From Octopus vulgaris (Eukaryota), in assembly GCA_951406725.2 (NCBI GenBank), contig OX597814.1, positions 102,300,001 through 102,364,000 on the forward strand: DNA of 64,000 nucleotides, read 5' to 3'. Positions 50,775-62,762 of the stretch are shown here, piece after piece. Position 1 is the first letter of the stretch; every line of letters starts with the position of its first letter. The notes beneath the pieces are model-generated. The model saw nothing but the letters and a program-made list of their open reading frames with translations, was not told the origin of the DNA and made no database searches. The translations under genes were made by a program, and so were the position numbers.

Positions 50775-53120
50775 TACAATATGTTACATTACTCGGTAGT
50801 CAAGATAAAACTCTGAGTTTCAGATGCCGAAGTGGAAATCCACAACACCATCTCATCGGTTATCTGGCTATTTGAAAACGTTATGAAAAAATATACCGTT
50901 AAAAATGAAGGGAAATTACTCTGTTATAACTCTGCTTTGCCTGCGTACTTATACATTGCTCGCATTTTTCGTCATAAAAATTATATAAAAATACATAAAA
51001 ATATATAAAAATATATAAAAATATATAAAATCTTCTTGGGACATAACACAGAAAGCATGTTCTATCCGTTTTCTTTAGGGGACCAAAAACGTAACAGAAA
51101 TTTAGTCACATGTGGGCATGATCCGAAAAGTTCTGTCCTTGTATTTAGACATGTGGTAGGGTCTAAGCTGCTTTTCCAGATAAGCCATCTCTCCATGTCG
51201 CATAAACCGCACCTTCCGCTGCCGTTAGTATAGGGCTTACATCTGGCCAAAATCTTCCATTGTATGTTATAATCGACACCTTTATCTCTTAAAGACCAAA
51301 TATGATTGGATAATTGTGTCGCTTTTCTTTTGTTCCAGTGCCTAAAGCTCAAAGTGTGGTTATTGAACCTGGCCTTGAAATTACCCTCTGTCAGGCCCAC
51401 GTATTTCTTCGTCGAAACGGTGTCTTTAGTGGTTATAGAGTTTACGGTAGCTTCATATATGATGGTCTTGGACATGCAAGCTCCATTTAGCGGGCACAAT
51501 TCTTTATTCCTGCATGAACAGCTGTTTTCTTCTTGTGTTTTTTGTATGTTATGATTGATTATGTTTTTAAAATTGGTAGTTGAACTAAAACTAATTTTTA
51601 AATTGTGTCTATTGAAGAGTTTCCTATAAGCATGGTTAACTGGAAAATGTCTATCTATCAGTGCTAGGAAATATTTACCTATATTGAAGGCCACCTCGGG
51701 TGAGTAAGGGGGCGTAAACCAGATGACCTTCCTATTTCTATTATTCCTTTTCCTTATTGTTGGGCTGGTGATAGGTGTATATTTTATTTTTCGCTAAAAC
51801 CACTATCTTTTAAAGCTTTATTATAAACTGGGGCAACGCTATTGGAGATGTCCTCATTAGATGAGAGGCTAGAAATCCTCTTACTAATATTTTTAACTAA
51901 ATTTTTGAATACTATAGGGGGATGGCATGAACCTACATTAATATAACTTAGTCTATCATTGGGCTTCCTATAAGGCTTATAAATATTATTATTAAGATCT
52001 AAGGAAACGTCTAAGAAATTGACAACCGTCAGGTTAGTGTCTATAGTTATACTAAGTCCGAAGTGTTTCATTAACTGGATAATATCCTTCCTAAAACGAT
52101 CTTGTGCTGGTCCATTTGTATTAGCTGTTAAGGCGAGGGCATCATCTTTGTAGATGGCGAAATGTACGTTAGGGAATGTCTTACCGAAGGTATCTAGGAG
52201 AAAGAGTCCAATTAGATCACAGATGCCTGCCCCATCATATGAACCCATGCTCACATCGAAAGCGCCCTCCGTGTCGGTGTTTTTTACCCACTTTGCATTC
52301 TCACTGAAAAGTAATGTCTTTCTAGCATGGAAGATTATATCCTTATCATTGGTACTAATTTCTATGAAGTCACTAGCGAAGATTAGGGCTTTATCTAGCA
52401 GTTCTTTAGAGATAGAGGCATAAAAATCAACAATATCAAATTGTGTAAACCTCGCTTTTTTCTTATTCTTAATAGCTTTAAACCAGTCTACAACTTCTAT
52501 ACTATTGGACCATTGCACTAGCCTAGTATCGGTCTTAATTTTCGTATTTATTTTATCTAAAATTTCTTTGCTAATAATCCCTAGTTCTGACTTGGCTGGG
52601 TTGATAAGCCTACATTTAGGGTTGGAAAGGAAGTTTTCTTTGTGGTCTTTAATAGTAATAAAGGCCTCTTTTTGGGGGAGGGTTTCTATTTTTTTATCTA
52701 ATTTAAGTTTAGCGGCGATGACGCTAGCTTCTTTATTAATTTCGTTATATGTCTGTGCCCTAGCCTTAGTATAATTATTAATGATGCTGTTGTGTAAGAG
52801 TTGTGTGTATTTGCTGTTATCTACCAGGTATAAGTTCTTGGTTTTATCCGAAAAAAGTGCTTTTTTCTTGGAGCTTTTTATATGATCAATATCTTTTTTC
52901 AATTTATGTTGGAAATTGTTAAAAGACTTACGAAACTTTATTTTGCTCATGATCTTCAGCAGGTCCGCTTCGAAATCTTCCAAGCCTTTAATCCTAGGAG
53001 GGAATTTTTTGGATTTTATCCGATAGAAAATGTTTTCCTTGGTGTTCGCTTCTGTGTCAAAAAAGAAAGCCTTCCATCTCATACGCTTAATTACATCAGT
53101 AATTTTTTGCAGAAGTTTCT
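50775..53120 (-). mobile_element. Near-intact, 5'-truncated Penelope-like retroelement (RT + GIY-YIG), probably Naiad-type
   Basis: RT: RMRWKAFFF, CRLINPAKSELG, QFDIVDFY, MGSYDGA.ICDLIGL, YKDD. EN: CSCR..CPLNGAC, IIYEA..KYVGLTEG.FKARF, C.LC..E, ELFGSCPH. Hammerhead motif in the 3' terminus. Sits between (TA)n tracts. Confidence 0.92.
51062..53120 (-). pseudogene. PLE RT-GIY-YIG polyprotein with one frameshift at ~51786
   Basis: Restoring one A in gaaaaataaaat joins the two ORFs via EKIKYTPITSPTIRKRNNRNRKVIWFTPPYSPEVAFNIGK. Confidence 0.85.
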
Positions 53121-53144
53121 TATATATATATATATATATATATA

Positions 53145-54330
53145 GGGAGAATTCACAAAAAAAACAGAAGATGAAGACAGGTGGTGTAGACAACAAACAG
53201 ATGTATTAGTTTAACTCTTGGGAAGTGAAAAAGTTTTTAATGTTTCGAGCCTATGCTCTTCTACAGAAAGGAACACAGAAAGAAACAGGGAGAGAAAATA
53301 AAGAATGTATAGTGGCTAGCAATCTATCATGGCGAATGCCAGACAGAGGGGATCACACAGGAGAGTTAGGAAGGAGAGATAATAAAGTAGTGGTGATCCC
53401 AAAAAGAAGGTGTGTGTGCGTGTGTATAAGAGCATGTATGTGCATGTGGAAGTGGGATGATGACCTTGTTGTATACGTGTGTGCATGTGTGTGTGGATGA
53501 AGATGTGGGTGCTGGGAAGTGGTCAGTGCTAGTGTGTGCATGTGGTGTGGTGTGATATGGTATTGTGTGGTATAGTAGTGTGTGGTGTGGTGATGTGGGG
53601 GAGGTGAGAGTGTGGAAAGCAAGGGTGGGGTATGGATTAGGTTGAGGGTGGGGGTAGAGGTGAGGTATGTGTAAGGGATGGGGTGGGGGTGAGATGGGAT
53701 GGATAGGGAAGGTGGGGTTAGATTGTGTAGGGGTGGGGTTACGAGGGAGGGGTGATGATGAAGGTGAGGGGAAATGTGAAACAGGAGAAAACGGGGCAGG
53801 TGTGGGGCGAGAGAGCAGATGCACAGTCTACGGAATGTGCTCTGGCAAGGGTGGTGTGGATAGTGGTGAGGGGATATCCATGTAGGAAGAAGTGGCGAGC
53901 CATGAGTTGAGACTGAATCTCAAAGTCATGGTCGTCACTGCAGAGCCTGTGTAGACGGTGGAATTGGGAATAGGGGATGGAGAGCTTGGTGTGTTTGGGG
54001 TGGGAGGAGGAGAAGTTGAGGTATGAGTGTGAGTGTGTGTTGGTAGTAGATGGAGGTGGTGAGAGTGGAGCGATGAATGCTGACCGAAATGTCAAGAAAG
54101 GAGACAGAAGTATCAGAGATAGTACAGGAGAAGTGGAGGGCAGGATGGAAAGATTTGACAAAAGAGAGGAAGGAGTCTAGATGTTTGTGGGAGAGTGAGG
54201 TTGCACCAATACAGTTGTCAATATAATGGCCATATAGCTCAGGAGTGGGACCAGTGAAACTTGAGATTATTTGGGCCTCAATGTAGCCAACAAACAGGTT
54301 CATATAGTTGGGGCCCATTCTCGTTCCCAT
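53145..54330 (-). mobile_element. Second Penelope-like element (Neptune-like), degraded RT C-half plus pLTR
   Basis: MGTRMGPNYMNLFVGYIE..YIDNCIG..FHPALHF..SFLDISVS..SSSHPKHTKLSIPYSQFHRLHRLCS, with terminal repeat carrying gtagaagagcataggctcgaaacatt. Confidence 0.88.
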
Positions 54331-54333
54331 ATA

Positions 54334-54559
54334 CAGGGTCTCTACAAATTACCTTTATAATTTGAAAAATTTAGAGAAAAAAATAAGAATAACTCAGCAG
54401 AGTTTACTGGGAAACATAGGCAAATAAATAAAATTTTATTAGAAATACCAGAACACTTCTATGTGGGCTCCATTGGTTGCACACAACCTGCTGAGTTGTT
54501 CTTTTTTTTTTGTCTTTTCTGAATTCTTCAAAGTGTAAAGGCAATTTATGGACACCCTG
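54334..54559. mobile_element. Tc1/mariner-type MITE
   Basis: ta|cagggtctctacaaattaccttt / aaaggcaatttatggacaccctg. Partial second copy at ~32133-32250. Confidence 0.7.
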
Positions 54560-55188
54560 TTTTAATTAAAACTTCATTATTACAAGATTTATTCACTTGT
54601 TACTTATTTGTGTCCTATTCTGAAGTGATTGATACCCCATCAAATTATTGCCATTCCTCACCAGGGAGGCATATGCCTTATCCTGAGAAACTCTTCTCTA
54701 GAGATTGTGTTTTAAGGTCCTAGTAAAATAAACATAAAACTTTTATGTTAGTTGTGAGAGGTTACTCAAAGGCAAAGCGTTGTAGTATTTAGAAAGATAC
54801 ACAGAACCAGACTGTTTAATATAATATTTCTGCACTTTAAATTTCCTTAAGACTTTTAGACTCTTAAATGTATATATTATACTCCATGTGTATATGTGTG
54901 CGCGCACACATGCCTTTTTTACCATACTGGTTTCTGTTGTAGCCTGTATAAGCTATTTTAAATTATTCTTGGGTAAAATTTCTGTAACTACTGTGGAGGA
55001 AGTTTAGGAAACTGTATATGATCCTAAACTAAACTTGCTGTTGAATATTTTCTGATTTACAACTGACTGACTGAGATTCGTGGACTTGTGTATATTCACT
55101 TTTTTTTTGTCTGTTCATGTTAATGTTTTTATCTTTATCACTACCACCAACTTTGTCAGATAAGAGCAGAACTTACTCAGAGTATATG

Positions 55189-55221
<33 letters not shown>

Positions 55222-55610
55222 TACCTTTACAAATTCACACCACCTGTTGAGCTTACATAATTGTTAAGTCTTATCTGGAGGTTATGTGACAAGCTGCACT
55301 TTTATTTGTTTTTGTATGTCTAGAAAATTTGTTTTTTTTTCTTTAATTAAAACAGTTAAGATAAAAGGTATAATACATAGATTAAAAAAGCAACTTTCCT
55401 ATCCTTGTTTTGATTTTTATAGCAATTAAGTGAAAAGCATTTTGTTATGCTTAGAGGCAAAGTTGTACAATGTGGCTTAAAGAAATACATTTCCAGTATC
55501 TTCCTCTTTTTTATTTATTTTTATACTTCTAATTTTATTTATTTATTGAAGAACCATGTGGTAAGAAGCTTGCTTCCCAACCACATGGTTCTGGGTTCAG
55601 TCCCACTGTA

Positions 55611-55899
55611 TGGCAAAATGTCTGTGTGTGTCCTTTATACAAATCCGCAATTTTTCAGTTAGAGGGCTCGCACTTTCTATGGTGATTCAAAACCGTCCAA
55701 GGGTGGTCATGCACATTTTTACATTTCCCCAGTCACCCCGCAAAGCCATTAAAAAATCAATAGAAGTGACTTTTTTGTGAATTTTCTATCCAAAACCCAA
55801 TCAAAATGCCCGAAACTTGATACGCCAATTGAATGCCAACTTAGACAGTACTTACGTGTATGTGCGCACACAGCTGTATATGCTGGGTCATAGTGCTAG
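55611..55899 (+). mobile_element. Helitron (5'-clipped), same family as 59956-60456
   Basis: ggcaaaatgtctgtg..cctttatacaaatc..ccccagtcacc..gggtcatagtgCTAG|T. Confidence 0.75.
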
Positions 55900-56587
55900 T
55901 AGTTAATATTTCTATAAACAGCTCGTAAACCCTATCACTATCTCAATGGCCAATGGTATGAAACAGTACAGACTTAGATGCAATAAACTATTCCTTGTAG
56001 TTTTCATTGCCTTAGCCAGTTTCTTTGTTAGTAAATTACTGTATTCATATTTTAAGAAAATGCAATGTTTATTTATCTATAAGGCATTTCTAGTATTATC
56101 ACAACCAGACATGTATTGGATTGAAATGCTAACAATGAACCATAAACTCCATGAGTTAACTACTTCTTCACCCACTTAGCCTTTTCTCCTGATAATTCAG
56201 ACATCAGTTCCTAATTTCAAAATTGATATTCAGCTTATAGTCTTTAAAGAAAGATAACAGGTACTTTATACCTCAAGAACAGTACTTAATGCTATAATAC
56301 ATTACAGAACACGTGTTTAAATATTGATTATTTAATGAGAGGCTGTTAGACACTTATTTTCTAAAGAAATGCTTCAAAATCTTATCCCAGCTCCTATATG
56401 CAGAGTTGGGCCTATTTTACATGCTTTAATGTACTAAAAACTTCTTTTGTTTTTTATCTGAATAAGTACTGCTGAAATTAGGGTGCATCTAATATGCTTG
56501 TGTTTCTTTTATACCACCAAATATATGTGTGATATCTTGATCTATAATGTAATAGCATCATTATTATCTAATAATAATCATGAGAAA

Positions 56588-56796
56588 AGGAAGCTGGCAG
56601 AATTGATAGCATGCTGGGCAAAATGCTTAGTGGCATTTCATTTGCCCTTACATTCTGAGTTCATATTCCACCAAGGTTTACTTTGCCTTTCATCCTTTCA
56701 GGGTCGATAAAATAAGTACCAGTCAAGTACTGGAGGAATGTAATCGATTTACTTCTTCTCCCAAAGTTTCTGGCCTTGTGCCAAAATTTGAAACCA
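56588..56796 (+). mobile_element. SINE family A head/body with an alternative 3' tail
   Basis: Body as at 2681, but ends ..tctggccttgtgccaaaatttgaaacca. Confidence 0.75.
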
Positions 56797-57070
56797 GTAA
56801 TCATGGGAAAAGGGATGATGTGAAAAATATCATTGGCAGTTACAAAACAACAACACTAATTTTTGGTTAGATTTGTAAAGTAGCTACAAATCACTTACTA
56901 AAAAAAAGCTTTGATCCATTGATGCTGTAAAATCTCTATCAGGAAAGATAAGGTAACATCTAAACTTCAGAGTATCTTAACTTCAGAGCCCAAACCAGGT
57001 CTTTAAATATGTAACCATTTAAGGAACCTGTTTCTATACTAAATCTATTTCGAAGTAAAAAGACTAAATT

Positions 57071-57460
57071 TCTATATATATAAAGCTGAAGTTGTCTGTG
57101 TATGGCAGGTTTGGTAGCCTTCAACTAACACTATCTCCTCCGAGACCCTGCAGTGCAAGTTGACCAAAATTGAGAGTATGATAGAAGAAGGCTTGCTCTT
57201 CATTCCCTAGAAGATAAAATTCAAATCAGACCATATTAAGACCAAAAATTATTTACATAAAAAGGTGCTTTTTTTCTATGAAAATCCCTATTTTTTTACG
57301 ATCTTTTGATTGCTGTGTCGCCATTTTTCAATATATTTCAAGCAGAAAAATGTTCACTGAAAGAGAATAACAAGCTACATGATGCAAAATTTTTACTTTT
57401 CAAAAATTCCAATTCTAAAGGGTCGAAATAAACCCGAGCAACGCCAGGCAATACTGCTAG
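57071..57460 (+). mobile_element. Non-autonomous Helitron
   Basis: TCTATATATATAAAGCTG...aaacccgagcaacgccaggcaatactgCTAG|T, the same 3' end as 16340-17015. Confidence 0.85.
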
Positions 57461-57545
57461 TATATTTAAATTTTGTTTTACCAAATTTGCCTTGTTCTTT
57501 TTTTTATTTTAGAAATCCTTAATTTTTGACTAATTTACTCTATTT

Positions 57546-57798
57546 TAGTGGTTCTCAACTGGAGTCCACGTGACTTGGGGACCCATTTAAGATTTTGTTG
57601 TTAAAATTTATGTACAATAAGTTGGTTATACTTCTATAATACACAAAATATTTTAACAATTTTTTAATACAATTCCTAATAATATTTAATTATAACAATA
57701 TAGTAGGATTTTTTTAAACATTGACTGGATATGAGGGTCCAATAGAGTAAACTAGGAATCAAAAGGGTCCATAGGCAAAAAATAGTTAAGAACCACTG
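57546..57798. mobile_element. hAT (Charlie-like) MITE
   Basis: TIR tagtggttctcaac / gttaagaaccactg with TSD ctctattt / cactattt. Confidence 0.8.
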
Positions 57799-57834
57799 CA
57801 CTATTTTATAAAACTTAATTGAATCTGAACTTAG

Positions 57835-57928
57835 AACTTTGTTGAATTTTATTTTTCAGGTGAGTACAAGGATGGAAAATTTATTTTCTTGTGATAACTT
57901 TCATTATTGGATAACATTTAAGGTCAGC
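57835..57928 (+). other. Candidate recursive splice site
   Basis: gaattttatttttCAG|GTGAGT at 57859/57860, possible downstream donor AAG|gtcagc at 57922/57923. Confidence 0.5.
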
Positions 57929-58199
57929 TCAATTTTGTTTTTAAGCTATTTTGTTTTAACTTATTGTTGTAATAAAAGATCTCAGATCATAGATCTCATA
58001 TATTGAAAAAATACTGTGGTACTTATACTATGCTTGCAATTAATACGTATTGAGACAGTTACAATTTGCTCTACATGGTATGCCAAATAACTTGAAAACC
58101 AAACAAACACAAAAAGCCAATAATAAATTTTTAAAAAAAACAACATACTCTCTGAAAAACAGCATGCACATCCAATTTGATTCAACAAAGGAACATGTC

Positions 58200-58790
58200 A
58201 TTTAAAAAAACTGCCCTCAGTCTAAATAGTGGTATTGATGCAGCCACAGAAGAGACTGCATACCAAAATCAGGTGGCCTTCCAATTTCATACAATGCAAC
58301 CCCTTATGACTCTGTAATACCATGATATTGTTGCTAATCCTTCAATAATGTCTTAAATGTGGCAGTTCTGGAGGTGCAAATGCAGGAGCCAAATAATGTT
58401 GGTGACCACATTGTTTTCTTGGGTCTTGCTGGACATAAAGCACCCTCTCCTGATTATCTACTGTGCTATTTATGACACAGCTGATAATGGACTCCACCTT
58501 GGTATTCTCCTCATTGGCCCTCATCAATCTACTGGAGTTATTGTTGATGTCTTGAACTCGCTGGACAAACTTGGCCATACTGTAACCATGTGTGATATAA
58601 TCCAGCCAGAGTCTTCCAGCTCTTTCCTGACTTTGAATATGAAGAACTTGGCCATGTTCAAGAAGTTGGTAATTTCAGCAGCTAGAGCCTTGATCTTGGT
58701 GTACTTTTTATTGCTTCTGTCAACTATACCTGTGCCATGTTGATGATACTATCAATATATCTGAAAGAGAAATAAAAAAGTTAAAACTTG
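58200..58790 (-). mobile_element. Degraded Tc1/mariner-superfamily (maT/DD37D-like) transposase 5' region
   Basis: Fragments EITNFLNMA..FKVRKELEDSG and KFVQRVQDINNNSSRLMRA resemble N-termini of this transposase group. Many frameshifts. Confidence 0.5.
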
Positions 58791-59955
58791 GTACATGTCA
58801 TAAAATTATATTAGATTGTCTTCTATTTATGGTCTATTAAAAGTTTGAAATATATAACTTAATAAACATGGTATTACAGACAATATGTTTTGTGCTGTTT
58901 TATAATAAAAAAAAAAAACTGACAATAACTACTTATCAACTGCCAACCAAAATAGAAAGTATAATAAAGATCTGTACTATAGTTGTACTAGGAATGAAAT
59001 ACTTCTCTTTGTAAATAAAATAAAGGCAGGAGAACATTTTTGAATTGTAAGATATGGGCAACTTCTAAGATAATGTAAGATACCTTCAACGTGTTTGGTA
59101 TTGTAAGATCTCAGCAAATAAAATATGTAAAATCTGGAAAGCTATGAAATAATTGTAGGTTGTGGAGGAGCTAATAACACTTGTTATAGAAGATGGATAA
59201 CTACTATGTGTAGGATGGTGTTCTCTATAAAAAAACATCTTACATGAGATATGTGTTAGAAATGTGATATTATTTAGCTATAAAATGCAAACTGTAAATG
59301 TGAATGTATATCTAGCGGAGGAGACAAGATGAGTAAAGTTTGCTGGATGTACATATTTAATGGAAAATGTTTAACCCTTAAGCATTCAGATTACTCTTTC
59401 AAATGTAATGCTTATTGATTCACACACGCAAACACATACATGCATGCGTGCGCGCGCGTACACACACACACACACACACACATACACACACACACCATGA
59501 ATAAATACCAAAGGCTGCCATCTATAATTATTTGTTACCTCAGTAAGAAGAACTACCATGTGTGGAAACTTTTTTTGGAAAATATCAAGGAATTATTTGT
59601 GTAAGGTTAGAGCTGTTAATTCTCTGCATGAGTTGCTGAAGTTTGTAGGAATGTGTGGAAAAGTAGAAAATTGCAAATTGATACAATTTAATGAAGGAAC
59701 TTACATGTGTTCAGTGTTTATGACAAGAGGCATTTATTTTGATTCAAAAAATGGTGAAAGTCTGATGAAAAACTGAAATTTGGTAATTGAGCTGGTGACT
59801 TAAGCAAATAGAACCAGGTATGAAGAAAGTAACAAAGTAATACTGCTTTGTAAATACACCAATTTATTCAAGAATGTTGATTTTTCATATAGTGTAGTAA
59901 TCAGTGGAGAGAGGGAGTGATAAAGAAAGAAAGCTAAATAGTTTTATATCCTTGA

Positions 59956-60456
59956 CTAGCACTATGACCTGGTGTTGCCAGGTCTAATGCTAGTGCTTGT
60001 TGTTTGTTTCCGGGTCACAGTAAAAATTTCTCACTAAATGAAGAGCTAAGTTTCTTGTTACATTTCAGCCCGGGCCAGTTTTCTTGTTTATGAGCTAGTT
60101 GGAGCTTTTTATGAGAGTAATTAATATTCATTGGACTTTGGTTTTCACACCTGGAATGGCATAATCATGGAAAATTAGCGGGATTGTGCACATGCTATTA
60201 GTCAGACAAAAAAGGAGGCAGAAGAAAGTGAAAAACTCAAATTTGGCTGCAAAATAACTTATGGGCATAAGGGGTTGGTTTATCAATTTTTTTTAATAGC
60301 TTTCTGAGGTGACTGGGGAAATGAAAATTTCTTTACAACCACCCTCAGGCAGTTTTGAAAGCCCATAAAAAATGCGAGCCTTTTACATGAAAAACTGCAG
60401 ATTTGTATAAAGGACACACAGATACACAGACATTTTGCCGTTTATAGATATAGAGA
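59956..60456 (-). mobile_element. Non-autonomous Helitron
   Basis: Minus strand: A|TCTCTATATCTATAAACGGC...gacctggcaacaccaggtc (hairpin) atagtgCTAG|T. Confidence 0.88.
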
Positions 60457-60694
60457 TTTCAGATATATGATTTTAATGAAGCAGGGGTAAAGCAATGTAT
60501 TCATGGACATAACTTCTGACTACCACATGCAAGATTCCAACTCATTCTGTTGTCTCATCAATACACATTACTTTCTATAAGAGTTCAACGAGTCCACCTT
60601 TTAATCACACAGGGGTGTTAATGTCTATCACCACAACAAATAGGTAGATGACGAGAGAGAGAGAGAGACAGACAGACAGGAGACAATATGTGAA

Positions 60695-61010
60695 ACCTGG
60701 TGCTCCATTGGTTACAACAATGAAGGTTCCAGTTGATCTGATCAACAGAACAACCTGTGCATGAAATTAATATGCAAGTGGCTGAGCACTCCACAGACAT
60801 GTGTACCCTTAACGTAGTTCTCAGGGAGATTCAGTATGACACAGAATGTGATAAGAATGGCTCTTTGAAATACAGGTACTACCCATTTTTGCTAGTTGAG
60901 TGGAGCAATATGAAATAAAGTGTCTTGCTCAAGGACATGACATACCTCTGGGAATCGAACTCATTACCTTATGAATGTGAGTTGAATACCCCAACCACTT
61001 AGCCACATGC
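60695..61010 (-). mobile_element. SINE family C-related
   Basis: aagtgtcttgctcaaggac..gggaatcgaactc..accacttagccac. Confidence 0.75.
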
Positions 61011-61036
61011 TCTCAGAAGACAGTATGTAGTATTTA

Positions 61037-61230
61037 GGTGAGCTGGCAGAAACGTTAGCATGGGTGAAATGCGTAGCCGCATTTCTTCTGCCACTATGTT
61101 CTGAGTTCAAATTCCGCCGAGGTCGACTTTGCCTTTTATCCTTTTGGGGTCGTTGTAATGGACTTAATACCTATGTCTGTCCTTGTTTGTCCCCTCTATG
61201 TTTAGCCCCTTGTGGGTAATAAAGAAATAA
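61037..61230 (+). mobile_element. SINE family A
   Basis: Matches 2681-2909 including tail ttgtcccctctatgtttagccccttgtgggtaataaagaaat. Confidence 0.88.
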
Positions 61231-61299
61231 GTATGTAGTATTTAGAACACAGTGTTGCTTTCTTCATTTGAAAGTGAATAAGGGTTCAGTAATTATTCT

Positions 61300-61505
61300 T
61301 GGTGGTTGAGGCACATGATCATAAGATTGTGGTTCCAATTCCTGGACTGGGTGATGCATTGTGTTCTTGAGCAAAATACTTCATTTCACGTTGCTCCAGT
61401 CCAGTCAGGTGGCAAAAATGAGTAATCTGCAATGGAGTGATGTGGGGAATTTGGATGCTATGGAAACTGGGAAGCTGGCCCTTATGAGTCTGCATGATTC
61501 GAAAA
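61300..61505 (+). mobile_element. SINE family C
   Basis: Homologous to 23028-23270. Confidence 0.8.
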
Positions 61506-62198
61506 GGTACCCTTTTGTTACTGTATTTATTTTGAGATGCTCTGTGTTTCTTTCAATTAATTTTAAATACAACAAAGAATTTAGTAAAATAACTTAGTTA
61601 TCATTAAGCTGGTGTTAGGAACATAAATTTTGACTAAGGTTTGGTGGAAGATTTTAATTCAAAACTTATGAAAACCAGACATTTGTACTACAGAATCAGA
61701 GGTGGTTTCAGCCAGGTTAGTATCGAAAGGGTTAAGAAAAGTAATTATTCGTGGTGGGCTGCTATCACTAACTAAACAGGAGAATTGATCCATCCATGTG
61801 TTTCAGGATGTTATCAACAAACTTACCACACTTACTTACTATGATTAATCTGACAGGTTGTAGACTAACAGATTTTTCCTTCCTCCTATGAAAAAACTTA
61901 TTTAAAAAATAACTATTTGTATTTTTGTTACTGTGCTGAAAATATTATTTATCTTTAATCTTTTACTTATTTCAGTCATTTGACTGCAGCCATGCTGGGG
62001 CACTGCTTGGGAGAATATTTTAGTTGAATGAATCAACCCCAATACTTATTTTATAAGCCTGGTACTTTTTCTGTGGGTCTCTTTTACTGAACCTTTAGGT
62101 TACAAGGATGAAAACATACTGGAACTGGTTGTCAAGCAGTGGTGTGGAACACACACACAATATATAACACCAAAAAGGAAAAGTTGACTGACAGTGCA

Positions 62199-62612
62199 GG
62201 GTAGCACCTACATTACTAGAAATAAGAGTTAAAAACCCTTAGAGTTGCAAGGAAGCACATTTTCATATACTGACAGAGGAGATAACTACCCCAGAATGAG
62301 CAAGATCACTATACTAGTCTAGTTTCGCTCGGAAATTATGAACCTATTGGTAGTGACTACTCCATTGCTGGATGGTTTGCTTAAATCTTGACTGTCATTT
62401 TTGCTGTATGAATTTATGGCTGATTTAGCAAAATGCTAATATGAAAATTATAAAATAACGAAGGCAGCTATATGCAAAATAAAACCAAAATGGAAAAATT
62501 CAATTGCCACTGATTGTGAATGAGGGAGCAAGGTAGCACATTCACTGCTAGAAATAAGAGTTAAAAAACCCTTACATTTGCGAGGAAGCACATTTTCATA
62601 TATTGACAGGGG
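62199..62612 (+). repeat. ~80-bp direct repeat (62199-62280 / 62532-62612)
   Basis: ggtagcac..ctagaaataagagttaaaaaccctta..aggaagcacattttcatata.tgacag occurs twice. Confidence 0.8.
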
Positions 62613-62762
62613 TATATATATAATTAATTCAAAAAGCAGAGACAGTCTTCATTCAGTATCTATCTGCCAATTCCACTACAAGGCTTTGTGTGACTCAAAG
62701 TAGTGGGACTGGGCCCAAGATCATGTAGCTGAGAAGTAAACTTCTTTTTTTTTTCTTTTTTC

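Noticed and set aside
58357-58743. 128-aa + strand ORF in seemingly unique DNA
   Set aside because: It is the antisense of a degraded transposase and shows no recognisable host protein or splice context.
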